From the NCBI GenBank assembly GCA_946542105.1, contig CAMNKJ010000001.1, positions 35,590 through 99,589 of the forward strand: a stretch of 64,000 bases of DNA, in the 5' to 3' direction. A program made the translations under genes and the position numbers. The number at the start of each line of letters is the position of its first letter. The stretch's first letter is position 1. Of the stretch, positions 1-8,194 are shown in pieces. Origin of the DNA: an uncultured Clostridia bacterium. GTDB lineage: Bacteria > Bacillota > Clostridia > Oscillospirales > Acutalibacteraceae. Under the pieces are notes generated by a model. It searched no databases, had not been told where the DNA came from, and saw only the letters and a list, made by a program, of their open reading frames with translations.

Positions 1-327
1 GAGCAGATGGACGCCGGCTGCTCCGTTTCCGGCTGCGGCCCCGCCTTTGTTTACAAATTCGTCCGCGGTCTCGCGCAGGGCGGCATCAACGCCGGCTTGG
101 ATGAAGAGACCGCTTTGGCGCTTGCCATCCAGACGGTGCGCGGTTCGGCAAAAATGCTCGAAGGCAATGCCGCTCCCCTCGACAAGATGATCGAGAACGT
201 CTGCTCCCCCGGCGGCAGTACCATCGAGGGCGTCAAGACGCTCGACGACGCGAAAATGGAAGAGGCTGTCAGCAACGCGGTTGCCGCCGCCTATAAGCGC
301 AACGTAGAATTGGGTAAGACAGAATGA
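1..327 (+). CDS. proC: pyrroline-5-carboxylate reductase, C-terminal part (5' end outside window)
   Basis: Frame 1 is open from base 1. It contains GCGPAFVY, VCSPGGSTIEG and the dimerisation-domain pattern typical of ProC. Confidence 0.85.
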   Translation, partial: EQMDAGCSVSGCGPAFVYKFVRGLAQGGINAGLDEETALALAIQTVRGSAKMLEGNAAPLDKMIENVCSPGGSTIEGVKTLDDAKMEEAVSNAVAAAYKRNVELGKTE

Positions 328-1172
328 GCAAGGGCATAGGTTTGGTTTTGGAAGGCGGCGCGATGCGCGGCATGTTCACCGCCGGCGTGATCGATGTGCT
401 CATGGAGAACGGCGTCGACTTCCCTGCGATGGTCGGCGTATCGGCAGGCGCGGCATTCGGCTGTAACTATAAGAGCCGCCAGCCGGGGCGTGTGATCCGC
501 TATAATAAACGCTTCTGCCGCGACAGCCGCTATTGCTCGGTGTGGTCGCTGCTCAAGACGGGCGATCTGTACGGCGCGGAATTCTGTTACCGCACCATCC
601 CGGAAGAGCTGGATATCTTCGATAAAAAGACATTTGAGGAAAACCCGATGGAGTTCTATGTCGTCTGTACCGACGTGTACACGGGCGAGTCGGTGTACAA
701 GCGCGTTGATCGGGCGGATGAGAACGGCTATCTGTGGATGCGCGCGTCCGCGTCGATGCCGATGGTGTCCACACCCGTCGAGGTGGAGGGTTACACCCTG
801 CTCGACGGCGGCATGAGCGATTCGATCCCCCTGCGTTTTATGCAGCACAAGGGCTATGAGAAGAACGTGGTCGTCCTGACCCGTCCGCGCAAATATATCA
901 AAAAGCCGAACAATCCGGCGCTGATGAAAGCGATGCTCCGCAAGCATCCCGAGATGGCGCGCGTGATGGCTGACCGCCACAGGATGTACGCCTTCCAGCG
1001 TGAATATGTCTTTGCGTGTGAGCGCATGGGCAACACCATGGTGCTGTGTCCCGACAAGCCGCTCGGTATCTCGCGCACGGAGCATGATCCCGATAAATTG
1101 CAGGCGGCATACGACGAGGGCGTCAGGATCGCGACAAGAGAGCTGAAAAGGCTCAAAGAGTTTATGCAGTAA
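324..1172 (+). CDS. patatin-like phospholipase family protein
   Basis: GGAMRG oxyanion motif, GVSAG nucleophile elbow (GxSxG) and DGG catalytic Asp motif (LLDGGMSD). ATGA overlap with proC stop. Confidence 0.85.
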   Translation: MSKGIGLVLEGGAMRGMFTAGVIDVLMENGVDFPAMVGVSAGAAFGCNYKSRQPGRVIRYNKRFCRDSRYCSVWSLLKTGDLYGAEFCYRTIPEELDIFDKKTFEENPMEFYVVCTDVYTGESVYKRVDRADENGYLWMRASASMPMVSTPVEVEGYTLLDGGMSDSIPLRFMQHKGYEKNVVVLTRPRKYIKKPNNPALMKAMLRKHPEMARVMADRHRMYAFQREYVFACERMGNTMVLCPDKPLGISRTEHDPDKLQAAYDEGVRIATRELKRLKEFMQ

Positions 1173-1176
1173 AAAG

Positions 1177-1204
1177 AGGCTTCCCGAAAGGGGAGCCTTT
1201 TGTT
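1177..1204 (+). terminator. rho-independent terminator after patatin gene
   Basis: AGGCTTCCC-GAAA-GGGGAGCCT hairpin followed by TTTTGTT. Confidence 0.6.
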
Positions 1205-1397
1205 ATAGCTTATCCATCGGTCTTTGTGAAAACTATCTAATTCGGACTGCAAAATTCCCGACAGAATATCCATTGATTTATCGAATGATTTGGTGTAAAC
1301 TTATCTTGTTGTTATCAAAATGATAAGTGAGTTGACCGCATGGCATACAGACACGCGTGTCTAAGCCGAGCAAAGCTGAACCATCAGGAGGGTGTTT

Positions 1398-2033
1398 ATG
1401 TCGAAAGAATTCAAGATCAGAACCAGAAATCCCGAGTTGTTCCTGCGTGTGCAGAAGGGGCATTTCGCGACGATGCACAGCCATACCAACTACTACATCG
1501 ACGTCACGACTCAAAAATTCCGTATGTCGGAGGCAAAGGCGGTCGCGAAGGAGATCGTGTCCTTCTACCGCACCAACACCGTTATCGACACGATCATTTG
1601 TCTGGACGGTACCGAGGTCATCGGCGCCTTTGTCGCTCAGGAGCTGTCCGACGCGAGCTTCATGAATCTGAACGCGCACCATACCATCTATATCCTCTCG
1701 CCCGAGTTCATGGGCAACGGACAGATGGTGTTCCGCGATAATACCAGCCCGATGATCGAGAACAAGCATGTGCTGATCCTCGCCGCGTCCGTTACCACGG
1801 GCAAGACCGCGCTTGCCGCGATCGACGCGATCAAATACTACGGCGGCCATATCGTCGGCGTATCGTCGATCTTCGCTACTGTCAGTGAATGTGACAATAT
1901 CCCCGTTACCTCGATCTTCAATCCGCACGATTTGCAGGATTACCGGAGCTATAAGCCCCACCGCTGTCCGATGTGCAAAAACGGCGAGAAGCTCGAGGCG
2001 CTGGTCAACAGCTACGGTTACTCGAAGCTGTAA
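1398..2033 (+). CDS. phosphoribosyltransferase-like protein (PyrE-like fold, degenerate PRPP loop)
   Basis: AGGAGG lies 6 nt upstream of the ATG at 1398. The PRPP-loop-like segment is VLILAASVTTGKTA. C-terminal CPMC motif. Confidence 0.6.
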   Translation: MSKEFKIRTRNPELFLRVQKGHFATMHSHTNYYIDVTTQKFRMSEAKAVAKEIVSFYRTNTVIDTIICLDGTEVIGAFVAQELSDASFMNLNAHHTIYILSPEFMGNGQMVFRDNTSPMIENKHVLILAASVTTGKTALAAIDAIKYYGGHIVGVSSIFATVSECDNIPVTSIFNPHDLQDYRSYKPHRCPMCKNGEKLEALVNSYGYSKL

Positions 2034-2044
2034 TCAGAACAATA

Positions 2045-2090
2045 AAACCCCGTTGTCATCCGATCGAATGACAACGGGGTTGCTTTATTG
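2045..2090 (+). terminator. rho-independent terminator
   Basis: CCCCGTTGTCAT / ATGACAACGGGG 12-bp stem followed by TTGCTTTATTG. Confidence 0.7.
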
Positions 2091-2215
2091 CTGCTTAGTA
2101 TAAGTTGTCAGTTTAGCGTTTTGATGACGCTGACGCGTCAGTTATGATAGGAACGCAGAGCGTTCCTAGTTGAGCCGCTGTGCGGCTCAGTCCCACGTTT
2201 CAGCCGCAGGGCTGT
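2082..2215. repeat. mosaic intergenic element: terminal motif GCTTTATTGCTGCTTAGTATA plus a train of four GC mini-hairpins
   Basis: Hairpins are GACGCTGACGCGTC, GGAACGCAGAGCGTTCC, GAGCCGCTGTGCGGCTC and CAGCCGCAGGGCTG. The terminal 21 nt matches the arm end of the 41.7-kb palindromic element with 2 mismatches. Confidence 0.6.
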
Positions 2216-2243
2216 GTATTATTCATCCCTGCGGCTGTTCTTC

Positions 2244-2699
2244 TTAATCATTCTGTTTTACTTTATCGTTAAACTCCTGAATCCTTTTCTTTATAGCAAA
2301 GTACTGAGCAAACCAAATGAAAAAATAAATGAAGAAGAAGATGACGATATAGCCTGCTATTCCCAGAAAGCTATGCGGCATCCAGTACATACAATAAGCA
2401 ATCGGCAACATTGATACGGAAATGACAAGGCAGTGAATTACCGTCTGCTTCAAAAGGCTCCAGTTTTCAATTTCCCAGATAACCGATGCTCCTCCGAAAG
2501 CGGCTCCGTAAAGTAAAGAGCAAATCGTCTGAATTACGACGGCGTTCAGCTCATTGCCGCAAAGAGCAGTCAACTGCGGCACTACAGGATAATACTCTCC
2601 CTTGTTGATTATTACCGAAATGATAAGTGTGATGATAAAGCTGATACTTAAACCAATGGGCGCACCGATCAGGCTGCGCAGAATAACTTTCTTTTTCAT
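2244..2699 (-). CDS. DUF3021-type small membrane protein (candidate membrane inhibitor partner of the LytTR regulator)
   Basis: About four predicted TM helices. The NELNAVVIQT...WEIENWSLLKQT signature is recalled from DUF3021 proteins. It sits immediately downstream of the LytTR gene. Confidence 0.7.
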   Translation of the reverse strand: MKKKVILRSLIGAPIGLSISFIITLIISVIINKGEYYPVVPQLTALCGNELNAVVIQTICSLLYGAAFGGASVIWEIENWSLLKQTVIHCLVISVSMLPIAYCMYWMPHSFLGIAGYIVIFFFIYFFIWFAQYFAIKKRIQEFNDKVKQND

Positions 2700-2709
2700 A
2701 ATCTACCTC

Positions 2710-3150
2710 CTATAAACCTAAAACCTTTTTGATTTTTGACACATAGCGTCTTGAAACATATGTTGCCGTTCCGTCGGACAGCGTAACGCAAATCGTACCC
2801 GATAAGCTCAAATCAAAGTTGCGTACCTTTTTTAGATTGATAATCTCCGAATTGGAGATGCGCACAAAACTGTGCTTGGTCAGCTGTTCCTCGAGCTCGT
2901 ATAATCTTTGTCTGAGGATGTATTCTTTTTTGCTGACTGAAGCAAAGGTCTTGCCGCCCGCAGAGTAAATATGGATAATGTTATCGGGTGATAAGATTTC
3001 CGCCAAATCGTTATAAAAGCCCGTAATCACCTCAGGTGTTTTTGATGAAAGCATATTGAGTATGTCGTTGATTTCATCTGTTACCTTATCAGTAATAATA
3101 ATCACTCTAGGCTCAATACAGCTGTCGTCGATTTTGATTTCTACCTGCAT
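2710..3150 (-). CDS. LytTR-family DNA-binding protein without receiver domain
   Basis: C-terminal LytTR pattern (FVRISNSEIINLKKV...VSRRY). AGGAGG lies 8 nt upstream of the ATG at 3150 (MQVEIK). The longer track ORF starts at a TTG inside the promoter. Confidence 0.8.
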   Translation of the reverse strand: MQVEIKIDDSCIEPRVIIITDKVTDEINDILNMLSSKTPEVITGFYNDLAEILSPDNIIHIYSAGGKTFASVSKKEYILRQRLYELEEQLTKHSFVRISNSEIINLKKVRNFDLSLSGTICVTLSDGTATYVSRRYVSKIKKVLGL

Positions 3151-3214
3151 TGTTTTTTCCTCCTTTGTTGACAACAGTATACCACGCTTTGAAATTCAAA
3201 TCCACCGTTTTTCA

Positions 3215-3244
3215 ATAAGTGGTCGTTTTTTGAAGATAAGTGGT
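3215..3244 (-). promoter_or_regulatory. 9-12-9 direct repeat (ATAAGTGGT x2), candidate LytTR binding site upstream of an extended -10 (TGGTATACT, 3176-3184)
   Basis: Exact 9-mers at 3215-3223 and 3236-3244 are separated by 12 nt. The pair lies about 33 nt upstream of the -10 on the minus strand. Confidence 0.45.
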
Positions 3245-3251
3245 TATTATT

Positions 3252-3297
3252 CAAAAAAACAGAGCCGCCAAGCAGGAGATTATCCCACTTGGCGGCG
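3252..3297 (-). terminator. rho-independent terminator of guaA
   Basis: GCCGCCAAG / CTTGGCGGC stem followed on the minus strand by a T7 run. Confidence 0.7.
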
Positions 3298-3322
3298 ATG
3301 ATTATAATTCTATTTTAGAAAT

Positions 3323-4855
3323 TTACTCCCACTCCACCGTGCCGGGAGGCTTACTGGTGATGTCGTAGACGACGCGGTTGACGCGGTCGACCTCGTTGAT
3401 GATACGGTTGCTGACCCTGCCGAGGATATCGTAGGGGATCTTAGCCCAGTCGGCGGTCATGAAGTCATCAGTGGTGACAGCGCGGATCGCGACCAGCTCG
3501 CTGTAGGTGCGCTCATCGCCCATCACGCCGACGGTCTTGACGCCCGGCAGGACGGCAAAGAACTGGCTCATCTCTCCGGCGTAACCGCATTTATCTATCT
3601 CGTCGCGCAGGATCGCGTCGGCTTCCTGCAGGATACGGACACGTTCGGCGGTGACTTCGCCGATCACGCGGACGCCCAGTCCCGGACCGGGGAAGGGTTG
3701 GCGCCATACAAGGTCATGAGGAAGACCGAGCTTTTCACCGACGGCTCTGACCTCATCCTTGAAGAGGTCCTTGAGCGGTTCGATCACACCCTCAAACTGT
3801 ATATCCTTCGGAATGCCCACCTGATTATGGTGGGTCTTGATCTTGGAAGCGTCGCCCTTGCCGCTTTCGATGCGATCGGGGTAGATCGTGCCCTGCGCGA
3901 AGAAGCCGCTGCCGTAGCTCTCGCGGATCTTGTTCCAGAACACGTTATAGAACTCGGTGCCGATCACAATACGCTTGTCCTCGGGATCGGTCAAGCCCTT
4001 GAGCTTTGAGAGGAATTCCTCCTGACAGTTGATGCGCACGAAGTTCATATCAAATAATTGGGTGAAGGTGTTTTCGACAAAGTCGCCCTCGTCCTTGCGC
4101 ATGAGCCCCTGATCGACGAACACGCAGGTGAGCTGTTTGCCGACGGCTTTAGAGAGCAGCGCCGCGGCAACGGAGCTGTCCACGCCGCCCGAGAGCCCGA
4201 GCACAACGCCCTTGTCGCCGATCGTCTCGCGCAATTCGTTGACGGTGTCCTCGATGAAGCTGTCCATCTGCCAGTCGCCTGTGCAGCCGCAGATATGATA
4301 GAGGAAGTTGTGCAGCATCTGCCTGCCGTATTCGGTGTGGGTGACCTCGGGGTGGAACTGTACGCCGTAGAGCCTGCGGCTCTCGTCACACATCGCGGCG
4401 GTGGGGCATTTATCGGTAATGGCGATGGTGCTAAAGCCCTTCGGCGGATGGGGAATGTAGTCGTGGTGGCTCATCCAGCAAATACTTTTATGCGGCACAT
4501 CGGTAAAGAGGATATTGTCGCGCGCGTAGACCTCGATCTTGCCGTATTCGCTGCTGTCCTCGGCGCCCTCGACCATGCCGCCTGCCATGTATGCCATCAG
4601 CTGACAGCCGTAGCAGATGCCGAGGATCGGAATACCTATATCAAGAACAGTGGGATCAAAGTGGGGAGATTCGGGATCGGATACGCTGTTGGGACCTCCC
4701 GTAAAGATGATGCCGCTGTAATCCGCCGCCTTGATCTGATCGACCGTGATCTTATTGTACGGCTTGATCTCGGCATAGATGTTTTGCTCACGCACACGGC
4801 GCGCGATCAGCTGATTATATTGTCCGCCGAAATCCAGTACCAGTATCTTTTGCAT
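3323..4855 (-). CDS. guaA: GMP synthase (glutamine-hydrolysing)
   Basis: GATase domain (GICYGCQ, HPE) plus ATP-PPase P-loop SGGVDSS, ending in the typical ...PPGTVEWE. Confidence 0.95.
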   Translation of the reverse strand: MQKILVLDFGGQYNQLIARRVREQNIYAEIKPYNKITVDQIKAADYSGIIFTGGPNSVSDPESPHFDPTVLDIGIPILGICYGCQLMAYMAGGMVEGAEDSSEYGKIEVYARDNILFTDVPHKSICWMSHHDYIPHPPKGFSTIAITDKCPTAAMCDESRRLYGVQFHPEVTHTEYGRQMLHNFLYHICGCTGDWQMDSFIEDTVNELRETIGDKGVVLGLSGGVDSSVAAALLSKAVGKQLTCVFVDQGLMRKDEGDFVENTFTQLFDMNFVRINCQEEFLSKLKGLTDPEDKRIVIGTEFYNVFWNKIRESYGSGFFAQGTIYPDRIESGKGDASKIKTHHNQVGIPKDIQFEGVIEPLKDLFKDEVRAVGEKLGLPHDLVWRQPFPGPGLGVRVIGEVTAERVRILQEADAILRDEIDKCGYAGEMSQFFAVLPGVKTVGVMGDERTYSELVAIRAVTTDDFMTADWAKIPYDILGRVSNRIINEVDRVNRVVYDITSKPPGTVEWE

Positions 4856-4885
4856 CCTATCACTGCTTTCCTTTTTTTACAAATT

Positions 4886-4914
4886 ATGATAAAATCGATT
4901 TGCGTTTTTGTCAA
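4886..4914 (-). promoter_or_regulatory. sigma-70-type promoter for guaA (TTGACA-17-TATCAT)
   Basis: Read on the minus strand. The leader is only about 25-30 nt. Confidence 0.45.
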
Positions 4915-4971
4915 GTACAAAGTATCAACCCTGAGGAGGATACTACGGGGCGCCGCGCTTTAAATCATCGT

Positions 4972-5012
4972 GAAAAAATAGGGATGGCTCCGCGTAAAGA
5001 GTCATCCCTTTT
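4972..5012 (-). terminator. rho-independent terminator after yaaT
   Basis: GGGATGAC...GCCATCCC hairpin followed by TATTTTTT on the minus strand. Confidence 0.65.
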
Positions 5013-5029
5013 GATATGGTGTTGGTTGA

Positions 5030-5911
5030 TTAATCCTCTAATTCTCTCAGTTCTTCCGATTCTTTTTCCTTTTGCTTGCCCTTGTTATTGATGTAGCCGT
5101 TCTTGACGACGCGGACTTCCTTGACCTTGAAGGACTGGGGGGCGGCGTCATCGGGAGTGTTGTCCATCTTGACCTTGAGCGTACGCGCCAGCAGGTTGGT
5201 CTCGACGACAAGCCCTCTGCCCAACGGTGTTTTGACGAGTGCGCCGACCTTGGGGGTGCGCTTGATCAGGTCGGTGTAGGCGTCCTGCTCATATTTCAGA
5301 CAGCACATCAGTCTGCCGCAGGTGCCGGAGATCTTGGTGGGGGAGAGGGAGAGCCCCTGCTCCTTCGCCATCTTGATGGACACAGGGTGGAACTCGCCGA
5401 GGAAGGATGAGCAGCAGAACGGTCTGCCGCATACGCCGAGGCCGCCGAGCATCTTGCTCTCGTCACGCACGCCGATCTGTCTGAGCTCGATACGGGTGCG
5501 GAAAACGGAGGCAAGATCCTTGACCAGCGCGCGGAAATCCACTCTGCCGTCGGCGGTGAAGTAGAACAGGATCTTCGAGTTATCGAAGGTGTATTCCACG
5601 TCGACCAGCTTCATCTCCAGCCCGTGCTCCGCGACCTTCTGCTCACAGATCTTCAGCGCTTCCTTTTCCTTGCGCTTATTCTCCTCGAGCCGGCGGCGAT
5701 CCTCCTTGGTCGCCTTGCGGATCAGCTTCTTCAGGGGATGGACGATCTCATCGTCCGCTACCTCCTTGTTGGCGATCGCGACGGTGCCGCATTCGACGCC
5801 GCGAGAGGTCTCGACGATGACAACGTCATCATTCTTCAATTTATTTTTATCGGGGTCAAAGTAATAAACCTTGCCGCCTTCTTTGAATCTTACGCCGATT
5901 ACTTCTGCCAT
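5030..5911 (-). CDS. yaaT: PSP1-domain protein (stage 0 sporulation protein YaaT / RicT-like)
   Basis: Cys cluster GVCGRPFCCSSF...GTCGRLMCCLKYE. GGAGGA lies upstream of the ATG at 5911 (MAEVIGV). Sits downstream of holB as in Bacillus. Confidence 0.85.
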   Translation of the reverse strand: MAEVIGVRFKEGGKVYYFDPDKNKLKNDDVVIVETSRGVECGTVAIANKEVADDEIVHPLKKLIRKATKEDRRRLEENKRKEKEALKICEQKVAEHGLEMKLVDVEYTFDNSKILFYFTADGRVDFRALVKDLASVFRTRIELRQIGVRDESKMLGGLGVCGRPFCCSSFLGEFHPVSIKMAKEQGLSLSPTKISGTCGRLMCCLKYEQDAYTDLIKRTPKVGALVKTPLGRGLVVETNLLARTLKVKMDNTPDDAAPQSFKVKEVRVVKNGYINNKGKQKEKESEELRELED

Positions 5912-6756
5912 GTAATCCTCCTGTATTGTGATGACAGCCACGTGGTCAGCAGCTGGGTGTTAACATTGGTTTTGAGTTTGTTGACGGCTTCATTGGTGAT
6001 CTCGATCAGTGCGATCACACGCCTGCGGTCGAGCTTTCGGGTGAGCTTTTTGACCGACGGATCGTCGGTCATCACGCCGCTGTAAAAGCTCAGCGCCTGC
6101 CGCAGCTTATCCGTAAGGACACGCAGCGCCTCTGATAAGCCTTCTTTATCGCTGAGGGTGAATAAAGTGTGGAGCAGATCATATTCGTAGAGCGATACGA
6201 TGCCGTCGATGAGCGCCACGGCGGTCGCCTCGGTATCTTCGTTTTTGATTTCCTCACGGCGCAGGGTCATGATGTGCGCGCGTGAGCGCACGGTCAACAG
6301 CAGGCTCTTTGCGCTCTGTACGTTGAAGATGAAGTAGAGGCTCTGCGGCGGCTCCTCGATGGTTTTTAAGAGCGCGTTCTGCGAATCCTCGCGCAGCAGC
6401 TTGTCCGCGTCAGAGAAGATGTAGACCTTGCAGTCCGCCTCGTTGGGGCGGATGCTCATTTGCGCGAGATAGCTGTCACGCAGATCCTTGAGGGAGAGGA
6501 TACCGCTTTTGAGATTCTTGCTCGGTTCGGGGCGGAACACATCGGGGTGGACGCCGTCGAGCACCTTGCGGCACGGATTGCAGCTCAGACACGGAGGGTT
6601 CTCTTCTCTGCACACAGCACCTGCCGCCAACAGCAGCGCGGCGCTGTCACGTTCCTCCTTCTCGCCGCCTTCGAGGATGATCGTGTGCGGCAGACGACCG
6701 GAGCGGATCAGTTCCAGAACAGCACTTTCGTTATTGTGTTGCAAACTGATTTCCAT
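5899..6756 (-). CDS. holB: DNA polymerase III delta' subunit
   Basis: RLPHTIILEGG, Zn module CLSCNPCRK, SRA-type motif TVRSR. 13-nt overlap with yaaT. Confidence 0.8.
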   Translation of the reverse strand: MEISLQHNNESAVLELIRSGRLPHTIILEGGEKEERDSAALLLAAGAVCREENPPCLSCNPCRKVLDGVHPDVFRPEPSKNLKSGILSLKDLRDSYLAQMSIRPNEADCKVYIFSDADKLLREDSQNALLKTIEEPPQSLYFIFNVQSAKSLLLTVRSRAHIMTLRREEIKNEDTEATAVALIDGIVSLYEYDLLHTLFTLSDKEGLSEALRVLTDKLRQALSFYSGVMTDDPSVKKLTRKLDRRRVIALIEITNEAVNKLKTNVNTQLLTTWLSSQYRRITWQK

Positions 6757-6832
6757 GCCGTCGCCGCCTTTATCCCCATTATCATTCTGTATTATACCAT
6801 AACAAAATGAAAAATGCTACTGTTATTTTTTT

Positions 6833-7004
6833 GGTTAACGGATAACGGTGAACGGTTAACGGTGGTGGGAAACGCTGACGCGTTTTGGATTGATAGAACA
6901 ACTATGGAACTGTGAAGTCCGCGACTCTTTGATAGATTACTTACAAAATGGGTGAGGGCGGAGCCCTCCCTTCACCGTTAACCGTTAACCATTAACCGTT
7001 AACC
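6833..7004. repeat. inverted-repeat element with 37-nt arms built of heptad repeats (GGTTAAC/GGATAAC/GGTGAAC)
   Basis: Left arm 6833-6869 and right arm 6968-7004 are reverse complements at about 30/37. Inner hairpins are AAACGC-TGAC-GCGTTT and GAGGG-CGGAG-CCCTC. Confidence 0.75.
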
Positions 7005-7012
7005 AATCATTT

Positions 7013-7474
7013 TCACTTCAAATACGCAATATTCGTCAGCACCTGACCGTCCTTGATCTCGATCACGCCGAAGCTCTTGCCGTAGCCCAGTGACCCGGGG
7101 TTGAAGAACCGCACGCCGTCCCTGACGGTATCATCTTCGATATGCGTGTGACCGTACAGCACAATATCCGCCTGCTTTTCCCTTGCCGCTCTGTCGATAT
7201 CGAACAGACCGTATTTGACATTGTAGATATGTCCGTGCGTCGCCATGAACCGCACACCGTCCACAGTGAATTCCTCTACGATCGGGAGCATCTCAAAATC
7301 ACAGTTGCCCTTGACCGTGTAATAGGTTTTGTCGGGGTATTCCATCTTGATCGTGTCCACCTCGTCACGGCTGTCGCCGCAGTGCACGACGATGGCGGCG
7401 TTTTGGTTGAGCTGCATGACCTTTTTGAAGTTTCTGTACGAGCCGTGGGTGTCGGATACAACGATTATTTTCAT
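7013..7474 (-). CDS. YfcE/MJ0936-family metallophosphoesterase
   Basis: Motifs DTHG, GD..D, GNCD, GH.H (VVSDTHGS, HCGDS, KGNCD, YGHTH). Confidence 0.85.
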   Translation of the reverse strand: MKIIVVSDTHGSYRNFKKVMQLNQNAAIVVHCGDSRDEVDTIKMEYPDKTYYTVKGNCDFEMLPIVEEFTVDGVRFMATHGHIYNVKYGLFDIDRAAREKQADIVLYGHTHIEDDTVRDGVRFFNPGSLGYGKSFGVIEIKDGQVLTNIAYLK

Positions 7475-7617
7475 ATTTTTCTCCTAACTGCATAGTATAC
7501 TATTAATGATGATCGCGAGGCGGTTGACAGCCTGCGATCTCAACCGATCTGTAGAGGAGGAGCATTCTCTCCTGTGTGTGGGCAATGCCCACCATTATAA
7601 CGATATGAGGTGAAAGT

Positions 7618-7851
7618 ATGGCTGATAATCAGCAAATCAATATACTGATCAAGAAGATCAGCGAGCGTATGGGTACGCCCGAAAGTGAGATCAAGAGCGC
7701 CGTTAGTCAATCCGGCTACGCTAAGCTACTCAATCAACTCCCGTCCGACAAGGCACGTCAGATGGAAGAGATCCTCAATGACGAGGATAAGGCGAAGGCG
7801 TTTTTGAACTCACCGCAGGCGAAAGCCATCATCAAGAGGATCATGGGCTGA
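7618..7851 (+). CDS. conserved small hypothetical protein
   Basis: GAGGTGA RBS and a helical 77-aa ORF. Its stop overlaps the next start (ATGA). Confidence 0.5.
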   Translation: MADNQQINILIKKISERMGTPESEIKSAVSQSGYAKLLNQLPSDKARQMEEILNDEDKAKAFLNSPQAKAIIKRIMG

Positions 7852-8192
7852 TGGACGATCTCTCCGAAAAGCTCAACGGGATCCTCAACGATCCCGAGGC
7901 GATGCGTGATATCGCGGCGCTTGCCTCACAGCTCGGCGTGGAATCGTCGGGCGTACATAAAGAGAATGTGCGTCCCGAACCGTCACCGCCTGATGATACC
8001 GCCGCTCAGATGATGAAGCTCATGCCGATGCTCGGCACTCTCAAACAGGAGGACGATACCACCCGTCTGCTCGATGCGATGCGTCCGTTCCTCAGCGAGG
8101 AGCGACAGCAAAAGCTCGACCGCGCCAAGCGCCTGATCAAGGTGATGAAGCTCATGCCGCTGATCAAGGATCTGCCGCTGTTCGATCTGTGA
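7851..8192 (+). CDS. conserved small hypothetical protein
   Basis: Translationally coupled to the previous ORF. LMPML...LMPLIKDL repeat pattern. Confidence 0.5.
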   Translation: MDDLSEKLNGILNDPEAMRDIAALASQLGVESSGVHKENVRPEPSPPDDTAAQMMKLMPMLGTLKQEDDTTRLLDAMRPFLSEERQQKLDRAKRLIKVMKLMPLIKDLPLFDL

Positions 8193-8194
8193 GG

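Noticed and set aside
4856-4914. Purine riboswitch upstream of guaA.
   Set aside because: The distance from the predicted -10 to the start codon is about 30 nt, too short for an aptamer. No conserved purine-riboswitch junction motifs were seen.
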